64,000 nucleotides of DNA. It comes from a virus (Duplodnaviria > Caudoviricetes). The notes under the pieces are model-generated. The model was not told where the DNA came from. It searched no databases and worked only from the letters and a program-made list of their open reading frames with translations. How positions within the stretch are numbered: position 1 is the first letter of the stretch; every line of letters starts with the position of its first letter. A program made the position numbers and the translations under genes. The stretch lies in IMG/VR virus record IMGVR_UViG_3300034126_000020, positions 96,001-160,000 of that record; one strand, given 5' to 3'. This document shows, one piece after another, positions 46,752 to 56,946 of the stretch.

Positions 46752-47348
46752 TTACAACAATGCGATTTCATCACGCTGCTTTTGCAGCTCTTCACCAAAG
46801 CACGTCAGATACATTTCAGGATAGCGTGCATAACCGCCAACCCCAAACTTCTCTTTCAGATGCTTGACCGATTCTTCGTACCGCTGCCCTTCCGATTGTT
46901 CCGGATGATGAGCCACTCGATACAGAATCGCTCGCTCCAACATATCCGAGACATTCCCCGGCAACATCCGATCCGCAGCATTGATCAGCTCACAGAACTG
47001 ACTATGGAACGAACCCTTAAACGATGCCCGATGCTGATGACATCCCCACGCGACCATCTTCGTTTCCAATGGATCAAGATTATCGAGGATCGCTGGATGA
47101 TCTGTACTCATCATCCAATGGAAACTCAACTCATGATGATTCACGCGACTCCACGCAAACATATCGTGAAAGTACGCAGCAAATAGAATCAGTTTCGGAT
47201 CATACCCAAAGTCCATCCGATTACTGATCGCAGTACCACATTGAAATACCGCTTCAAAGTGATTCTCCCGATGCGCTTTATCATTCAGTTCCCACACATG
47301 CGAGAACCCTTTAATAATCTCTTGACGCCATTCTGGAATATTCTTCAC
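46752..47348 (-). CDS. HD-domain phosphohydrolase
   Basis: HRENH...AAYFHD...HH...H..AADR. Confidence 0.82.
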   Translation of the reverse strand: MKNIPEWRQEIIKGFSHVWELNDKAHRENHFEAVFQCGTAISNRMDFGYDPKLILFAAYFHDMFAWSRVNHHELSFHWMMSTDHPAILDNLDPLETKMVAWGCHQHRASFKGSFHSQFCELINAADRMLPGNVSDMLERAILYRVAHHPEQSEGQRYEESVKHLKEKFGVGGYARYPEMYLTCFGEELQKQRDEIALL

Positions 47349-47441
47349 TGCTCACTCCTTAGTGATGGTTATCTCACCTTTACAATGTAGGGTTACAGAT
47401 TCTTGGAATCAAAAAAGAAAGAGGGCCGAAGCCCTCTCCTT

Positions 47442-47819
47442 TTATTCTGCGGCGAAGCGCAGTTCAATGCGCCCCATTGTGGTGAAGTGTTGGGTCATGG
47501 CTGTCATGGTCAGTAGCTCACGCAGGTTATTAGCCTGGAACTTCTGATCGTTGATGCCCGTCTGATGCCGGTGCATCCAGTAACCTTCCAACTCGGTGAG
47601 TTTCTTACGAGTGGTCGGATATGCTGACATTGCATCGTCCCAGCTTTCCTGCTTGATGAGGGCCATCGCGGCTGGGATGCCGTTGTACAGCGCTTGCTCG
47701 TACCGTTCGACATTTGCCCATTCGTGAGAATTGATAGCCCTGTAGACCTCGTACAGCTCCTCTAGAGCACAGACGAACAGATGCCAGTGAACCAACCGTG
47801 CACCAATTGAATTGCTCAT
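47442..47819 (-). CDS. hypothetical protein
   Basis: ORF followed by a UUCG terminator at about 47411-47440. Confidence 0.6.
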   Translation of the reverse strand: MSNSIGARLVHWHLFVCALEELYEVYRAINSHEWANVERYEQALYNGIPAAMALIKQESWDDAMSAYPTTRKKLTELEGYWMHRHQTGINDQKFQANNLRELLTMTAMTQHFTTMGRIELRFAAE

Positions 47820-47824
47820 CTTGC

Positions 47825-48832
47825 TTAGACCTCTTTCATTTCTAATTCGTGACGGTCAATGAGACCTTGTAGGAGGTTGTCCATGTCGGCCAACAAGTCT
47901 GCCACCAACAACGGGTTCTTCCACCAGTAGTTAACTGAACGGTCGTGGTTACGATCGTCCTCGTTGCGCAAGTGCATGACCGACACCTTGAGGATGTTCG
48001 TCGGGTTGCAGTTCCAGTCACGCTTGGTAGAGAACTGGAGACGGTAGCCATTCCAATCATCCACGTAGACGTACGACCGGTTGGACTTGCCGTAACCGCC
48101 CATGTCAAGCAGGATTGCCAGTTGCTTGACGTTGTGCTCGTCGGGCACTTCGATCGGGTTCTCGCGGGTACCGTAGTAGTGCTGACTGATCAGGAGAGCG
48201 GAATCCTCTACAGTCACTGGTTCGATTTCCCAGATCTCCAACATGCGAGGCAAGAGTTGATCGTACAAGGTGCGTTGGAGATAGGACATCTCGACGTCCA
48301 CGTCATACGGCACATGGAACAGTGGGCACTCTAACCGCGCAGCGCTGCGGGAGAAGTTGGGAACCACCAGCTCCATGTCGTTGTTGGCCCAGTAGTAGAT
48401 GGCGTCCTTCCGACGGAAGTTGAGGATGACTTGGTTATCGTAGTCCTCAGGCCCGTCCAGGAAGAAGTGCCACTCTTCGTCGCCCTCAGGGTTTGCCCAC
48501 CCCGCAAGGAAGTAATCAAGGACATCTTCCCACGGCATCTGCGGAACTGTGTAGCCACGTTCTGGACAGAGGTTCTTCAAGATGGTGCGATCAGGGACTT
48601 CGATCTTCTTGCCCGTCTGGATCTCATACATCTTGGCTATCGGCGATTCGCCAAAGAACAGCTCGGAACGCATCGACCCCATCATCTGGTTGAACAGATT
48701 GTTAAGGTCCATGCCCAGGACTTGGAGCACAGGGACCAGTTGCGGGTAAGCGTGCCCTATGTGGTTGTTCATGAGATTCTGGGAAAGCGTACCGGCCATG
48801 TGCATGACCATGTTTTCGTTATCAGGTAGCAT
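47825..48832 (-). CDS. hypothetical protein
   Basis: 335-aa ORF in an operon. Confidence 0.7.
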   Translation of the reverse strand: MLPDNENMVMHMAGTLSQNLMNNHIGHAYPQLVPVLQVLGMDLNNLFNQMMGSMRSELFFGESPIAKMYEIQTGKKIEVPDRTILKNLCPERGYTVPQMPWEDVLDYFLAGWANPEGDEEWHFFLDGPEDYDNQVILNFRRKDAIYYWANNDMELVVPNFSRSAARLECPLFHVPYDVDVEMSYLQRTLYDQLLPRMLEIWEIEPVTVEDSALLISQHYYGTRENPIEVPDEHNVKQLAILLDMGGYGKSNRSYVYVDDWNGYRLQFSTKRDWNCNPTNILKVSVMHLRNEDDRNHDRSVNYWWKNPLLVADLLADMDNLLQGLIDRHELEMKEV

Positions 48833-48837
48833 CTACA

Positions 48838-49323
48838 TCACCCCAAGTTGAATTTCTTTGGTTCATCGACGGTAATGCCCAGTCGAGCCATTACCGAGTT
48901 GGCGAAGAAGTCTTTTCGAATGTCCTCTACATTGTGATCCCAGACGCGTTTTGCGTACGCCTCGAACACGTCTGGGTTGCGCTTGGGCATTTCCTTTATT
49001 AGGAGACGTCTGGCCTTGGCTTGTTCATTGAGCAGTTGCTGGAATTGTTCTTGCCAATCGATTTCATCCATGGCCTCTTTACAGACGCAGGCGTAACCGT
49101 GTGGGTCAGCACCAACGCAGGACTGGATTGGGAACGCCCGGTTACCGCAGAAGACGCAGAATCGAGTGTGTGCATGGATACCCATCGTCGAAGTGGGTTT
49201 CGCCTCACTGATCGCGTCCCAGCTCGTCCTGTAGCCTGTGTTGCCATCGCCATGACTGGTGCCCACGAATCCCTTGCTGAAATGCTTGTGGGATCGGGGA
49301 TCGGCGTACTCTGGAATTGCCAT
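48838..49323 (-). CDS. zinc-finger-like hypothetical protein
   Basis: CVFC...CVC motif; AGGAG RBS. Confidence 0.65.
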   Translation of the reverse strand: MAIPEYADPRSHKHFSKGFVGTSHGDGNTGYRTSWDAISEAKPTSTMGIHAHTRFCVFCGNRAFPIQSCVGADPHGYACVCKEAMDEIDWQEQFQQLLNEQAKARRLLIKEMPKRNPDVFEAYAKRVWDHNVEDIRKDFFANSVMARLGITVDEPKKFNLG

Positions 49324-49373
49324 TACTTGCTCCTAATCGAATAAATGGAGGACCCGAAGGTCCTCCACCTCAA

Positions 49374-50291
49374 TCACTTCTTGTCAGACTGCGATTCAGC
49401 GTACGCATCTGCGATCATCGCTATGGTGCCTGGTGCGTCAGGGTCCTTTGGATCAAGGGTGATCTTCACAGTCTTGCCCAAAGCCGCAGACAAGTCATCG
49501 GCCCACTCTTCAATGCAACCCTTCATCATGGATTCATTGGTGGCGATGCGCACGTCTGCATTCCAGCCCACAGCAGCCATGTGCTTGACCATATCGTGCT
49601 CCAGCCGCGGGGGAACATCGTTCTCACGAGGGTTCAGCCAGAAGCCCACGTCGATGTCCTTAGGACTGCTGTGCATGACCAATGCGTAGTGGTTCAATGT
49701 GCCGATCTGGATGACCAGCTTTGGCTCGCGGCTGAAGACAGGGTATTGAGACCGCTTGATGCGACGAACGACCACGCCTGTTGGCGTCCGCATGCTGAAC
49801 CGCCCAGTCACGAAGTTGTACTCGAACCAGAACACTGGGCAAACGAAGTTCAGGGTCTGGTTCAGGCGATCCAGATCTGCTTTCCCGAGAGGATTGCCTA
49901 GCTCCTTAAAGATCACGGGCGCAATGACTCGGTACAGGTTGCGAATGGTGTCGTCGTATTCGGACCACTCGTACAGGCGGGCAGGTGCCACCAAGAAGTA
50001 CGTGTAGCTGTTTGGGTTCCCCAGCGTGAGGCGAAGGTTAGGGACTTGGTCGATGTTCTTGACCGACCCGCGTTTGTGTCGCACCTCGGTGACCGTCAGC
50101 ACATGACTGAAGTCCAGGTGCTCGGTCTCACACACCTTTTGGATGAGGATGGCGAGGTTCTCGGATGACAGGCGCATGCCGTCGTAGATCCGGAGTGAAT
50201 CGCACAGCGGTGCGCCTAGGACTTCACGCAGGAACCCACCTTTGAATTGGCGGTTCAGCATTGAATCTAGGTTGCTTCGTGTATCGGACAT
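49374..50291 (-). CDS. hypothetical protein
   Basis: start at MSDTRS behind a GGAGA RBS. Confidence 0.7.
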   Translation of the reverse strand: MSDTRSNLDSMLNRQFKGGFLREVLGAPLCDSLRIYDGMRLSSENLAILIQKVCETEHLDFSHVLTVTEVRHKRGSVKNIDQVPNLRLTLGNPNSYTYFLVAPARLYEWSEYDDTIRNLYRVIAPVIFKELGNPLGKADLDRLNQTLNFVCPVFWFEYNFVTGRFSMRTPTGVVVRRIKRSQYPVFSREPKLVIQIGTLNHYALVMHSSPKDIDVGFWLNPRENDVPPRLEHDMVKHMAAVGWNADVRIATNESMMKGCIEEWADDLSAALGKTVKITLDPKDPDAPGTIAMIADAYAESQSDKK

Positions 50292-50444
50292 GGCTGTATC
50301 TCCAAAACCGACTGGCCTCATTTGAGGGCTTATTCTGTCGGTGAATTGATACAGGAACGGAATGCTCCTGCAATCTGCCCAAGCCGGGCAAATACGGTGT
50401 GTTGCTTGTACGATTGGTTGAGTTTGTTTTCTTTGACATTCGGA

Positions 50445-50470
50445 ATAAAAGGAGGGCCGAAGCCCTCCCG
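50445..50470 (-). terminator. intrinsic terminator (UUCG hairpin + TTTTATT)
   Basis: directly after the helicase stop. Confidence 0.8.
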
Positions 50471-52027
50471 TTATCCGTTCGTGGTGAGGACGTACCGCGA
50501 CATGACTTCCATATGCGAGACTACCTTGCCTTTGAAGAACTCCTGCTTGTTCCTGTGGTACTTACAGTGCTGCTCGATTTCCAAGCAACCAAAGTAAATG
50601 AACTCAGGGGTGACGTCAGGCCAGCCGATCAGGGGACGGGTACGGCCCAGTACCTGTTCGTTGGATTGACGCGAGTCAATTGCAGTCGACATGAACGAGC
50701 AACGCAGGTTCTTGATGTCGATGGCGGTACCGCCCGAGCCGATGGTGGTGACACCGATGTCAGCTTCCAGCAATTCCTCGTAGGAGTCCCCCTCAGAGCC
50801 GACGTAACGAACGACGTTCAACTCTGGGTACATCTTCTTCAGACGCTCCACAAACAGCGTACAGAGGTCCACACGGGCAAAGAACACCAGTGCCTTCTGT
50901 CCTTCCTCACGTACCGATACAAAGCGGTTGTAGATCGCATGGTCGATGATCTTGAGGTAGGACTTCAGAAGCCCCTTATGCCGCATGACGGATTCTTCGA
51001 ACGTGGTGTGCGAGTAACCCTGAGCCCCCATGAACTTGATCCGAACTTCCGGGTCCATGTGGTACAGGATCGCAGTCACACCAATGTAGACGTTGTAACC
51101 CCCGCCATCGTGGCGCTGTTGCGTTGGGTAAGCAATGTCATACATGCGGTTCTTAAACGCGTCAGAGCTGACCATGGTGGCGGACAGGCCCAACGACTTG
51201 TACGTGTGAGTGTACAGGTCAATGCGGTAGTTGTTGTGGAACTCTTGGTGCAGCTCATCCGTCACCCGGAAGCCAATACCGGTCTTCGGGTAGAAGTCGA
51301 TAGGCTTGATCGGGTACAACTTGCTGTTACCGTTGGACTCCTCGTAGTTCTTGATGTACTCACGCATGGTACCGGCCGTGATGATCACGACCTTCAGTTT
51401 GTCCAGATCCCCATCCAGCGCCATTTGCTGTAGGGCGATCATGTCCTTACCACCGCGGACAATCAGGAACTCACCACGCTTGAACTTGAAGGTCTCCTCC
51501 AAGTCATCCTTCCACCGGGAGACGTAACCGCCTTTAAAGTGGATGGCTGTGCGCAATTGAAGCTGGTTCATGCAGTACTGGGCGACGTAGGTCTTACCCC
51601 CGCCGGTCTGCAACGTAACCATCTTGATGATCGCGTCCCACTTAGGATTCTGATCGTCAAGCACGTACTCAATGATTCCGACCTGCCGCTCACGGGGTGG
51701 GAACATCTTACGGACGTCGAACTCTACCTTTGGAAGTATATCCTTGGCAACGACGTGGTGAGTGATGGGGACCAGATGCTGAGCGTAGCCCAGGTTCCCG
51801 AATAGATGGCGCTTCAGGGCGTCGAGTTGGTTCCTGTGAAAGCTGAACTCTTTCCGATTCCGTGTAGCCGCAGCAAATGTACGAAGGCCTTTTGGAACGA
51901 ATCGCCTGCCCTGTTTCTCATATCCCATCTCGATCAAGGGCCTGCAAAACGCCAACATCGCCTGGAGGTCACGATCGTTGGTTACATCGGTAACCCGTAA
52001 TCCGTGACTGTAGACATCGATTTTCAT
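50471..52027 (-). CDS. SF2 DEAD/DEAH-like helicase (phiKZ gp75-like)
   Basis: LQTGGGKT Walker A, DELH motif II, LSAT motif III, QVLGRTR motif VI. Confidence 0.92.
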   Translation of the reverse strand: MKIDVYSHGLRVTDVTNDRDLQAMLAFCRPLIEMGYEKQGRRFVPKGLRTFAAATRNRKEFSFHRNQLDALKRHLFGNLGYAQHLVPITHHVVAKDILPKVEFDVRKMFPPRERQVGIIEYVLDDQNPKWDAIIKMVTLQTGGGKTYVAQYCMNQLQLRTAIHFKGGYVSRWKDDLEETFKFKRGEFLIVRGGKDMIALQQMALDGDLDKLKVVIITAGTMREYIKNYEESNGNSKLYPIKPIDFYPKTGIGFRVTDELHQEFHNNYRIDLYTHTYKSLGLSATMVSSDAFKNRMYDIAYPTQQRHDGGGYNVYIGVTAILYHMDPEVRIKFMGAQGYSHTTFEESVMRHKGLLKSYLKIIDHAIYNRFVSVREEGQKALVFFARVDLCTLFVERLKKMYPELNVVRYVGSEGDSYEELLEADIGVTTIGSGGTAIDIKNLRCSFMSTAIDSRQSNEQVLGRTRPLIGWPDVTPEFIYFGCLEIEQHCKYHRNKQEFFKGKVVSHMEVMSRYVLTTNG

Positions 52028-52090
52028 GGGACATCCCTAACTGGCGGCATACGACTGTTACATAACAAACCTCTTTTAGATGATAAAAAA

Positions 52091-52140
52091 CTGTCCACCA
52101 ATGTCCACGGGCGTCCATAGACGTCCACGGAGATCCGTCA
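52091..52140. repeat. 10-bp-phased GTCCAY direct repeats
   Basis: ctgtccacca atgtccacgg gcgtccatag acgtccacgg agatccgtca. Confidence 0.65.
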
Positions 52141-52179
52141 AACAAAATAAGAAGAGGAGCCCGAAGGCTCCTCTAATGG

Positions 52180-54282
52180 TCAGATCACTTCTGGGAACAC
52201 GAACGGATCGAGGAGTCCAGCAGGCCGCTTGGTAATCAAGTAGCTGTCTGGGTCTTCGATCATGTCCGGTTGACGCTCGTACGCCAGTTGCTGACCGCCG
52301 GAGCGGTACTGCATCAGTGTCCGGTGTTCCTCGAACTTCGCTGGCCGGCCAAACTCTGGCAGGCAATAGTCATCCGGGTCATCGGCTGGGCGCATGAGCG
52401 ACAGCAGGATCACTTCAAGGTGGCTGACGGAAACTTTCAACTGAGAGTTCACCAAGTCACTGAAGTCCAACAATGCTGCCACGGGATCGGTGTAGCTGGT
52501 CAACATCTTGCCAGAGAAGCCGTTCCGTTCCGACTTCTTCGCCGGGGATCGGATGAAGGCCTCTACTGCTGCCATGAAGTCCAGCGTACTGGCATGGCGA
52601 CGTGGCAAGGAGAATGCAGGTGCACCGAAGTCCCAATCGCTCAGGTCGATGCAGAAGTCCCCGTTCTCGTTGATCGTGTATCCCTTGTCCTGGATGTAGT
52701 ACAGCATGAGGCGAGACAGCGACCCCAAGCGTGCACCCTGACAGACCGGCACCCAAGCGTCATAGACTTCATCACGCAGGTTGGTGGTACGGATCTGCAC
52801 TTCCCGGAAGGCAGTGAAGCGGTGGATGTTCAGACGTTCGATGACGGTATCTTTGTTGATACCTGCCAGTTCGGTCCCGTTGTCGGTGTTCTTGTCCGCA
52901 GAAGCCTGAAGGATCAGAACCGGCTTCATCTTCTTCAGGCGTGGGTTGAACTTCAGCAACGACGATTCACGGGCAGTCTCAGGAATTGCTTCACCGAGTG
53001 CTTCTTCCGTGACGTTCGACATCACTTCCACATCTGCGTTGTCGTTCATGGCCGGGTCGCTGGCGCAGACGTCGATGTACGGCAAGTGTTCCTCCGCAAT
53101 CACGATCTCCTCCACCACCGACGAGCCGTCCAAGTGTTTCACGGACAGCGTTCGCTGGGAACCTTCCCGGCACAGTTCGGTAGCACACACGTGGCCCAGG
53201 CTGGTTTCCCGAGGGATGGACCAAGCCAGTTCACCGAAGCAGACATGGCAGACTTCGCCTTTGCCGCGGTAACGACAGTAGAACCCAGAACGCATCTTGA
53301 TGGTCTGACCCTTCAGCGCCTTCATCTGTGCCGTGTTATCGGCATGGATTGGGGTGAGCTTGTTGGTCTTCTCGTTCAAGAAGAACTTGCCATCCAGGTG
53401 GGACCAGAGGCTGGAGTCCACCACGATCTCGGAGTACTGATCCGAGCCACAGTCGTTCCAGATGAGCTTATCCACAACTGTAGTGGAGAGCTGCATTTTC
53501 CGGTTAAAGTATTCCACGATCCGCAGGGGCTTCTTGGTAAACAGCAAAGCCTTCTTCGCGGAGCACGACTCGATCATGATGTCGTGCATCTTGGTCAGGC
53601 CTTCGAAGAAGCCTACCGTGATCGGTTTACGGAAGATCACCTGGTCGAGGTCAGTCCGGTAGCCCAGGCAGAGGATGATCTGCATGAACTGGCCCATCTT
53701 GATCTGCTTGGAGCGCAGGCCCCGCACGATTGGGTTGTGCAGGATCGCTGGGTCTTTCATCAAGACTTCAGCGGTTCTGTCCATCGCATTACTGATGGAG
53801 AGCTGGTTCTCTTGCAGCGTGCCACGAATCTCCACCAGAGGCGGATAGTCGTACAGCTCCAGCAAGTGGAAGCCGTTGATGTGCACGTGCCACTCTTCGA
53901 GGTTGATCGACAACACGTTGTAGATTTCGTTGCCGACATCCTTGACCACACGCCACACGTCCTCCCGGTCGTAGCACAGGTCATGGTTGGCCATTTCCTG
54001 ACCAGGGGTGAAGTAGGTGTAGTGCAAGGACCGCACGATGTTGGACAGCGTCTTGGGCACCATGTCGGCGCTTGGGAACGCATTACCAATGTGGTGGTTC
54101 ATGTTCAGCGGGGTGCGTGGGAACTGACGGTGCAGCTCCCAGCAGAACCAGCTCAACGCAGAACGGCGAGTGGTAGTCTCAAGGACACCATCGTCGAACT
54201 CGATCTCCAGCCGCTCATCGTCCAGTGGCCATTCCGCAACGATGTCGCGGTTCATGAACTCACGTGCTTTGATTCGACGCAT
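52180..54282 (-). CDS. non-virion RNA polymerase beta' C-terminal subunit (gp74-like)
   Basis: DCGS, MRSGFYC...VCHVCFG zinc site, SQRTLSVKH trigger loop. Confidence 0.9.
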   Translation of the reverse strand: MRRIKAREFMNRDIVAEWPLDDERLEIEFDDGVLETTTRRSALSWFCWELHRQFPRTPLNMNHHIGNAFPSADMVPKTLSNIVRSLHYTYFTPGQEMANHDLCYDREDVWRVVKDVGNEIYNVLSINLEEWHVHINGFHLLELYDYPPLVEIRGTLQENQLSISNAMDRTAEVLMKDPAILHNPIVRGLRSKQIKMGQFMQIILCLGYRTDLDQVIFRKPITVGFFEGLTKMHDIMIESCSAKKALLFTKKPLRIVEYFNRKMQLSTTVVDKLIWNDCGSDQYSEIVVDSSLWSHLDGKFFLNEKTNKLTPIHADNTAQMKALKGQTIKMRSGFYCRYRGKGEVCHVCFGELAWSIPRETSLGHVCATELCREGSQRTLSVKHLDGSSVVEEIVIAEEHLPYIDVCASDPAMNDNADVEVMSNVTEEALGEAIPETARESSLLKFNPRLKKMKPVLILQASADKNTDNGTELAGINKDTVIERLNIHRFTAFREVQIRTTNLRDEVYDAWVPVCQGARLGSLSRLMLYYIQDKGYTINENGDFCIDLSDWDFGAPAFSLPRRHASTLDFMAAVEAFIRSPAKKSERNGFSGKMLTSYTDPVAALLDFSDLVNSQLKVSVSHLEVILLSLMRPADDPDDYCLPEFGRPAKFEEHRTLMQYRSGGQQLAYERQPDMIEDPDSYLITKRPAGLLDPFVFPEVI

Positions 54283-54285
54283 TGT

Positions 54286-56520
54286 TTACTCCGTGTATTC
54301 GTTGGTGAGTTGCTTGCCGGAGCATTCGAACATGTTGCGCATGTAGGCCAACGGTCGATGTCCCCCAACAGGCACCACGGCACGGTCGAGTACTTCTTCG
54401 ACGTTTGTAGGTGTAGGGTGGGTCAACAACCGTCGCAGCACGAACTTGTGCGCAATTGGGTTGTTGGACGCATCCTTCTGATCCGCGATCGCTTCACCAC
54501 CGCACACGGCAGCTTCGGACCGGAACTCAGACTCACCAACACGGATGGATGACTGACGACCTGGAGAGTCGTACTTGTCGTTGTTACTCAGACGAGCAGT
54601 CGTACCAAAGACGTTGCACTTCGCAGACGATGCAGCCATCCACGAGTCTTCAGCAGTCTTCTCAAGGTTGATGTAGTAGGACGGGGCAATCAACATCGGT
54701 TCACGAGAAACCTTCATGTTGCCATCGCGACCACGGAAACGCACCGGCGTAATAAACGGCGGCCAGCGTTCTTTGATGGTGCGAATCACGTCCGGCATGT
54801 GAATCGGGTTGTTGGTCGGCATCTCCAGATCGAGCCCGTACATGTGGTCGTACATCACGGACGCCACTTGCGTGTACATGTACTCCGGGTTGAACCGGCG
54901 GTACTCGGGGTCGGTCAGGTCTTGCCAGTGGAACGGTACCACAACCTTGTAGAACTCCAGCAGCTCATTAAAGGCTGCCTCTACCAAGTCACGGTTCTCC
55001 GGCGCGAAGACCGCGTCGTCAGCTTCTTCTTCAGTGATCTGCGTATTCAGCGGAAAGCCGAAGGAAGCTTGGATGCGTTTGCCCAAGTCGCGGGCTGCAC
55101 CCGAGATGATCATTTCGATCGGGGACGCTGGAGTTACCCGGTTCCACCGGGAGTTCGGGTCGACCACGATGTCAGCGACGATACCGTTCTCATCGACTGG
55201 CATGTCTTCGTCATCAACCACCTCAACGACTACCGACTTGTTCCCGTTGATGTCGGTGATCTTATAGCCCTTGTTGGGAACCGACAGGTACTTGAACGTA
55301 ATCTCTACGCGCCAAGCATCCAGTTTGAGCCCACGGTAGACTTTGTCGACCTTGCCGTTGTCATCGTACTTCTTGTTGAACCCACCGTCAGGACGGATGT
55401 AGTCCGGCGTCACGCGGCCAATGGCCTCGTACACCAGATGGCTCAGTGCCGGTTCCATGGGCAGTTCAGTGAACCCACGGCGGCGTGCATCTTTGCGCTT
55501 CTCGACCCAGAAGTCCACAATCTTCTTGTAGAACTCAGTGTCAGCGTTGTAGTACTTGAGCAGTTGCTCATCCATACCCACAGGCAGCGGCGGAATCGGG
55601 ATCGAGGTGTTACGCTCAACCTTGATGTCCACTACCTCAGCATCAATGTGCTGTACGAAGCGCTTGCGGTCGAAGATGTAGTCCGGCTGCATCAACGCAT
55701 CGACAGTCATGTTTGCCACAGCGCTGATTGGATCGTAGCGGCGCAGAGCCACCAACAGTCCGGTACTGCTCACCTTCTCGCCCAAGTCCGGCATGATCTT
55801 GTAGATCCCCGGGATGGTCGATTGGTTCGTTGGGAAGAACTCTCGACCGAATTCAAACACTCGGGTCTCAAATCCTGTGGGAGCCAACGACTCCAGATAA
55901 CCACGGCGTGCCTTAACGCCGTCTTCAGTCCCTGCCACGTCGGACGCCATGAGCACGTTTGTCTCACGGCCGTACATGTAGTTCTTGTGTTCGTCAATCA
56001 ACGGGCTGTGTGCCAGTCGAGTGCCTTTCTTGAACCTGACCCCTTTGCGCATCTTGTCGAGCGCATCGCGGTTACGCTTGAACTCCGTGCCGAAATGCTG
56101 GTGAGTGACGTGATAGTCCGTCAGCATGGTAAGCCCAAGTTCCTTCGTGCGAAGGTTCTCGTAGATCACCGCTGTCTGAGGAGAATGACGGATACGGTTT
56201 GCGCCTGCCGTATGGCCAAAGCGTGGGATGATCTCGAGCACCTCGACATCGTCATCGAACTCGATTGAGAACGTGGCTTCGCCAAAGGGCCGCTCCATCC
56301 CAGAACGGATGCGTTTGCGCATGGGGCTTTTGATAACCACCATCTGCGCCAAGTTACCAGTAAACATCGCCGCCCGGCTGGCGGAGATGTGCCGGATAAA
56401 CGGGTTGAGTCCGTACAGCGACATCAACTCAGGGTGCAACTCAACTGGGTTGTGCCATTCTTGCTGCGCATAGAGCCGAGCCAACTGCTCTTGCACGGAC
56501 GGGGTACTGTCGTTGAACAT
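54286..56520 (-). CDS. non-virion RNA polymerase beta C-terminal subunit (gp71-73-like), uninterrupted
   Basis: SASRAAMF, GYKITDINGNKSVV, D...DP, IRVGESE motifs. Confidence 0.9.
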   Translation of the reverse strand: MFNDSTPSVQEQLARLYAQQEWHNPVELHPELMSLYGLNPFIRHISASRAAMFTGNLAQMVVIKSPMRKRIRSGMERPFGEATFSIEFDDDVEVLEIIPRFGHTAGANRIRHSPQTAVIYENLRTKELGLTMLTDYHVTHQHFGTEFKRNRDALDKMRKGVRFKKGTRLAHSPLIDEHKNYMYGRETNVLMASDVAGTEDGVKARRGYLESLAPTGFETRVFEFGREFFPTNQSTIPGIYKIMPDLGEKVSSTGLLVALRRYDPISAVANMTVDALMQPDYIFDRKRFVQHIDAEVVDIKVERNTSIPIPPLPVGMDEQLLKYYNADTEFYKKIVDFWVEKRKDARRRGFTELPMEPALSHLVYEAIGRVTPDYIRPDGGFNKKYDDNGKVDKVYRGLKLDAWRVEITFKYLSVPNKGYKITDINGNKSVVVEVVDDEDMPVDENGIVADIVVDPNSRWNRVTPASPIEMIISGAARDLGKRIQASFGFPLNTQITEEEADDAVFAPENRDLVEAAFNELLEFYKVVVPFHWQDLTDPEYRRFNPEYMYTQVASVMYDHMYGLDLEMPTNNPIHMPDVIRTIKERWPPFITPVRFRGRDGNMKVSREPMLIAPSYYINLEKTAEDSWMAASSAKCNVFGTTARLSNNDKYDSPGRQSSIRVGESEFRSEAAVCGGEAIADQKDASNNPIAHKFVLRRLLTHPTPTNVEEVLDRAVVPVGGHRPLAYMRNMFECSGKQLTNEYTE

Positions 56521-56607
56521 CGGTTACTCCCATTACACTACAGGTTAGCGCTCGCTTACCAATTAGATAATGTATCTCTGAAGAAAATTCAAACGAGGAA
56601 CACGGGC

Positions 56608-56946
56608 ATGAGTCAGTTGCTTAACAACCTAATGGTGGCCGATGGAGCTACCACCTTTCACTCACCAGAATTCCTAAGCTTCGTACACACCCATGAAGCA
56701 TACCTCAAGGCGAACTGTGTAAGAGTCCCACTAGATCCGGGAATCGTTCACAAGTTCGAGTACAACTTCATGTCGCTCATCGTAGAACTGAAGTACCCAG
56801 TCGAGAATTTGCTGATCTTCATGGTTGTTAACGACCTCGATTGCCCTACACAGATGACCAGAGACTTCAAGGAAATGAGGCTGCCCGACTTGGGAGTGGT
56901 GGACAACCTCAAGAACCTTTACCTACAGACACCAGGCCGTATCTAA
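56608..56946 (+). CDS. small conserved protein, possibly T4 gp53/LysM-like baseplate wedge
   Basis: GAGGA RBS; pattern ...IFMVVNDLDCP...MRLPD; start moved from 56389. Confidence 0.5.
   Translation: MSQLLNNLMVADGATTFHSPEFLSFVHTHEAYLKANCVRVPLDPGIVHKFEYNFMSLIVELKYPVENLLIFMVVNDLDCPTQMTRDFKEMRLPDLGVVDNLKNLYLQTPGRI

Noticed and set aside
54286-56520. Intron or homing endonuclease inside nvRNAP beta, as in phiKZ gp71-73
   Set aside because: The ORF is continuous with all motifs and a normal size; no intron or intein signature.
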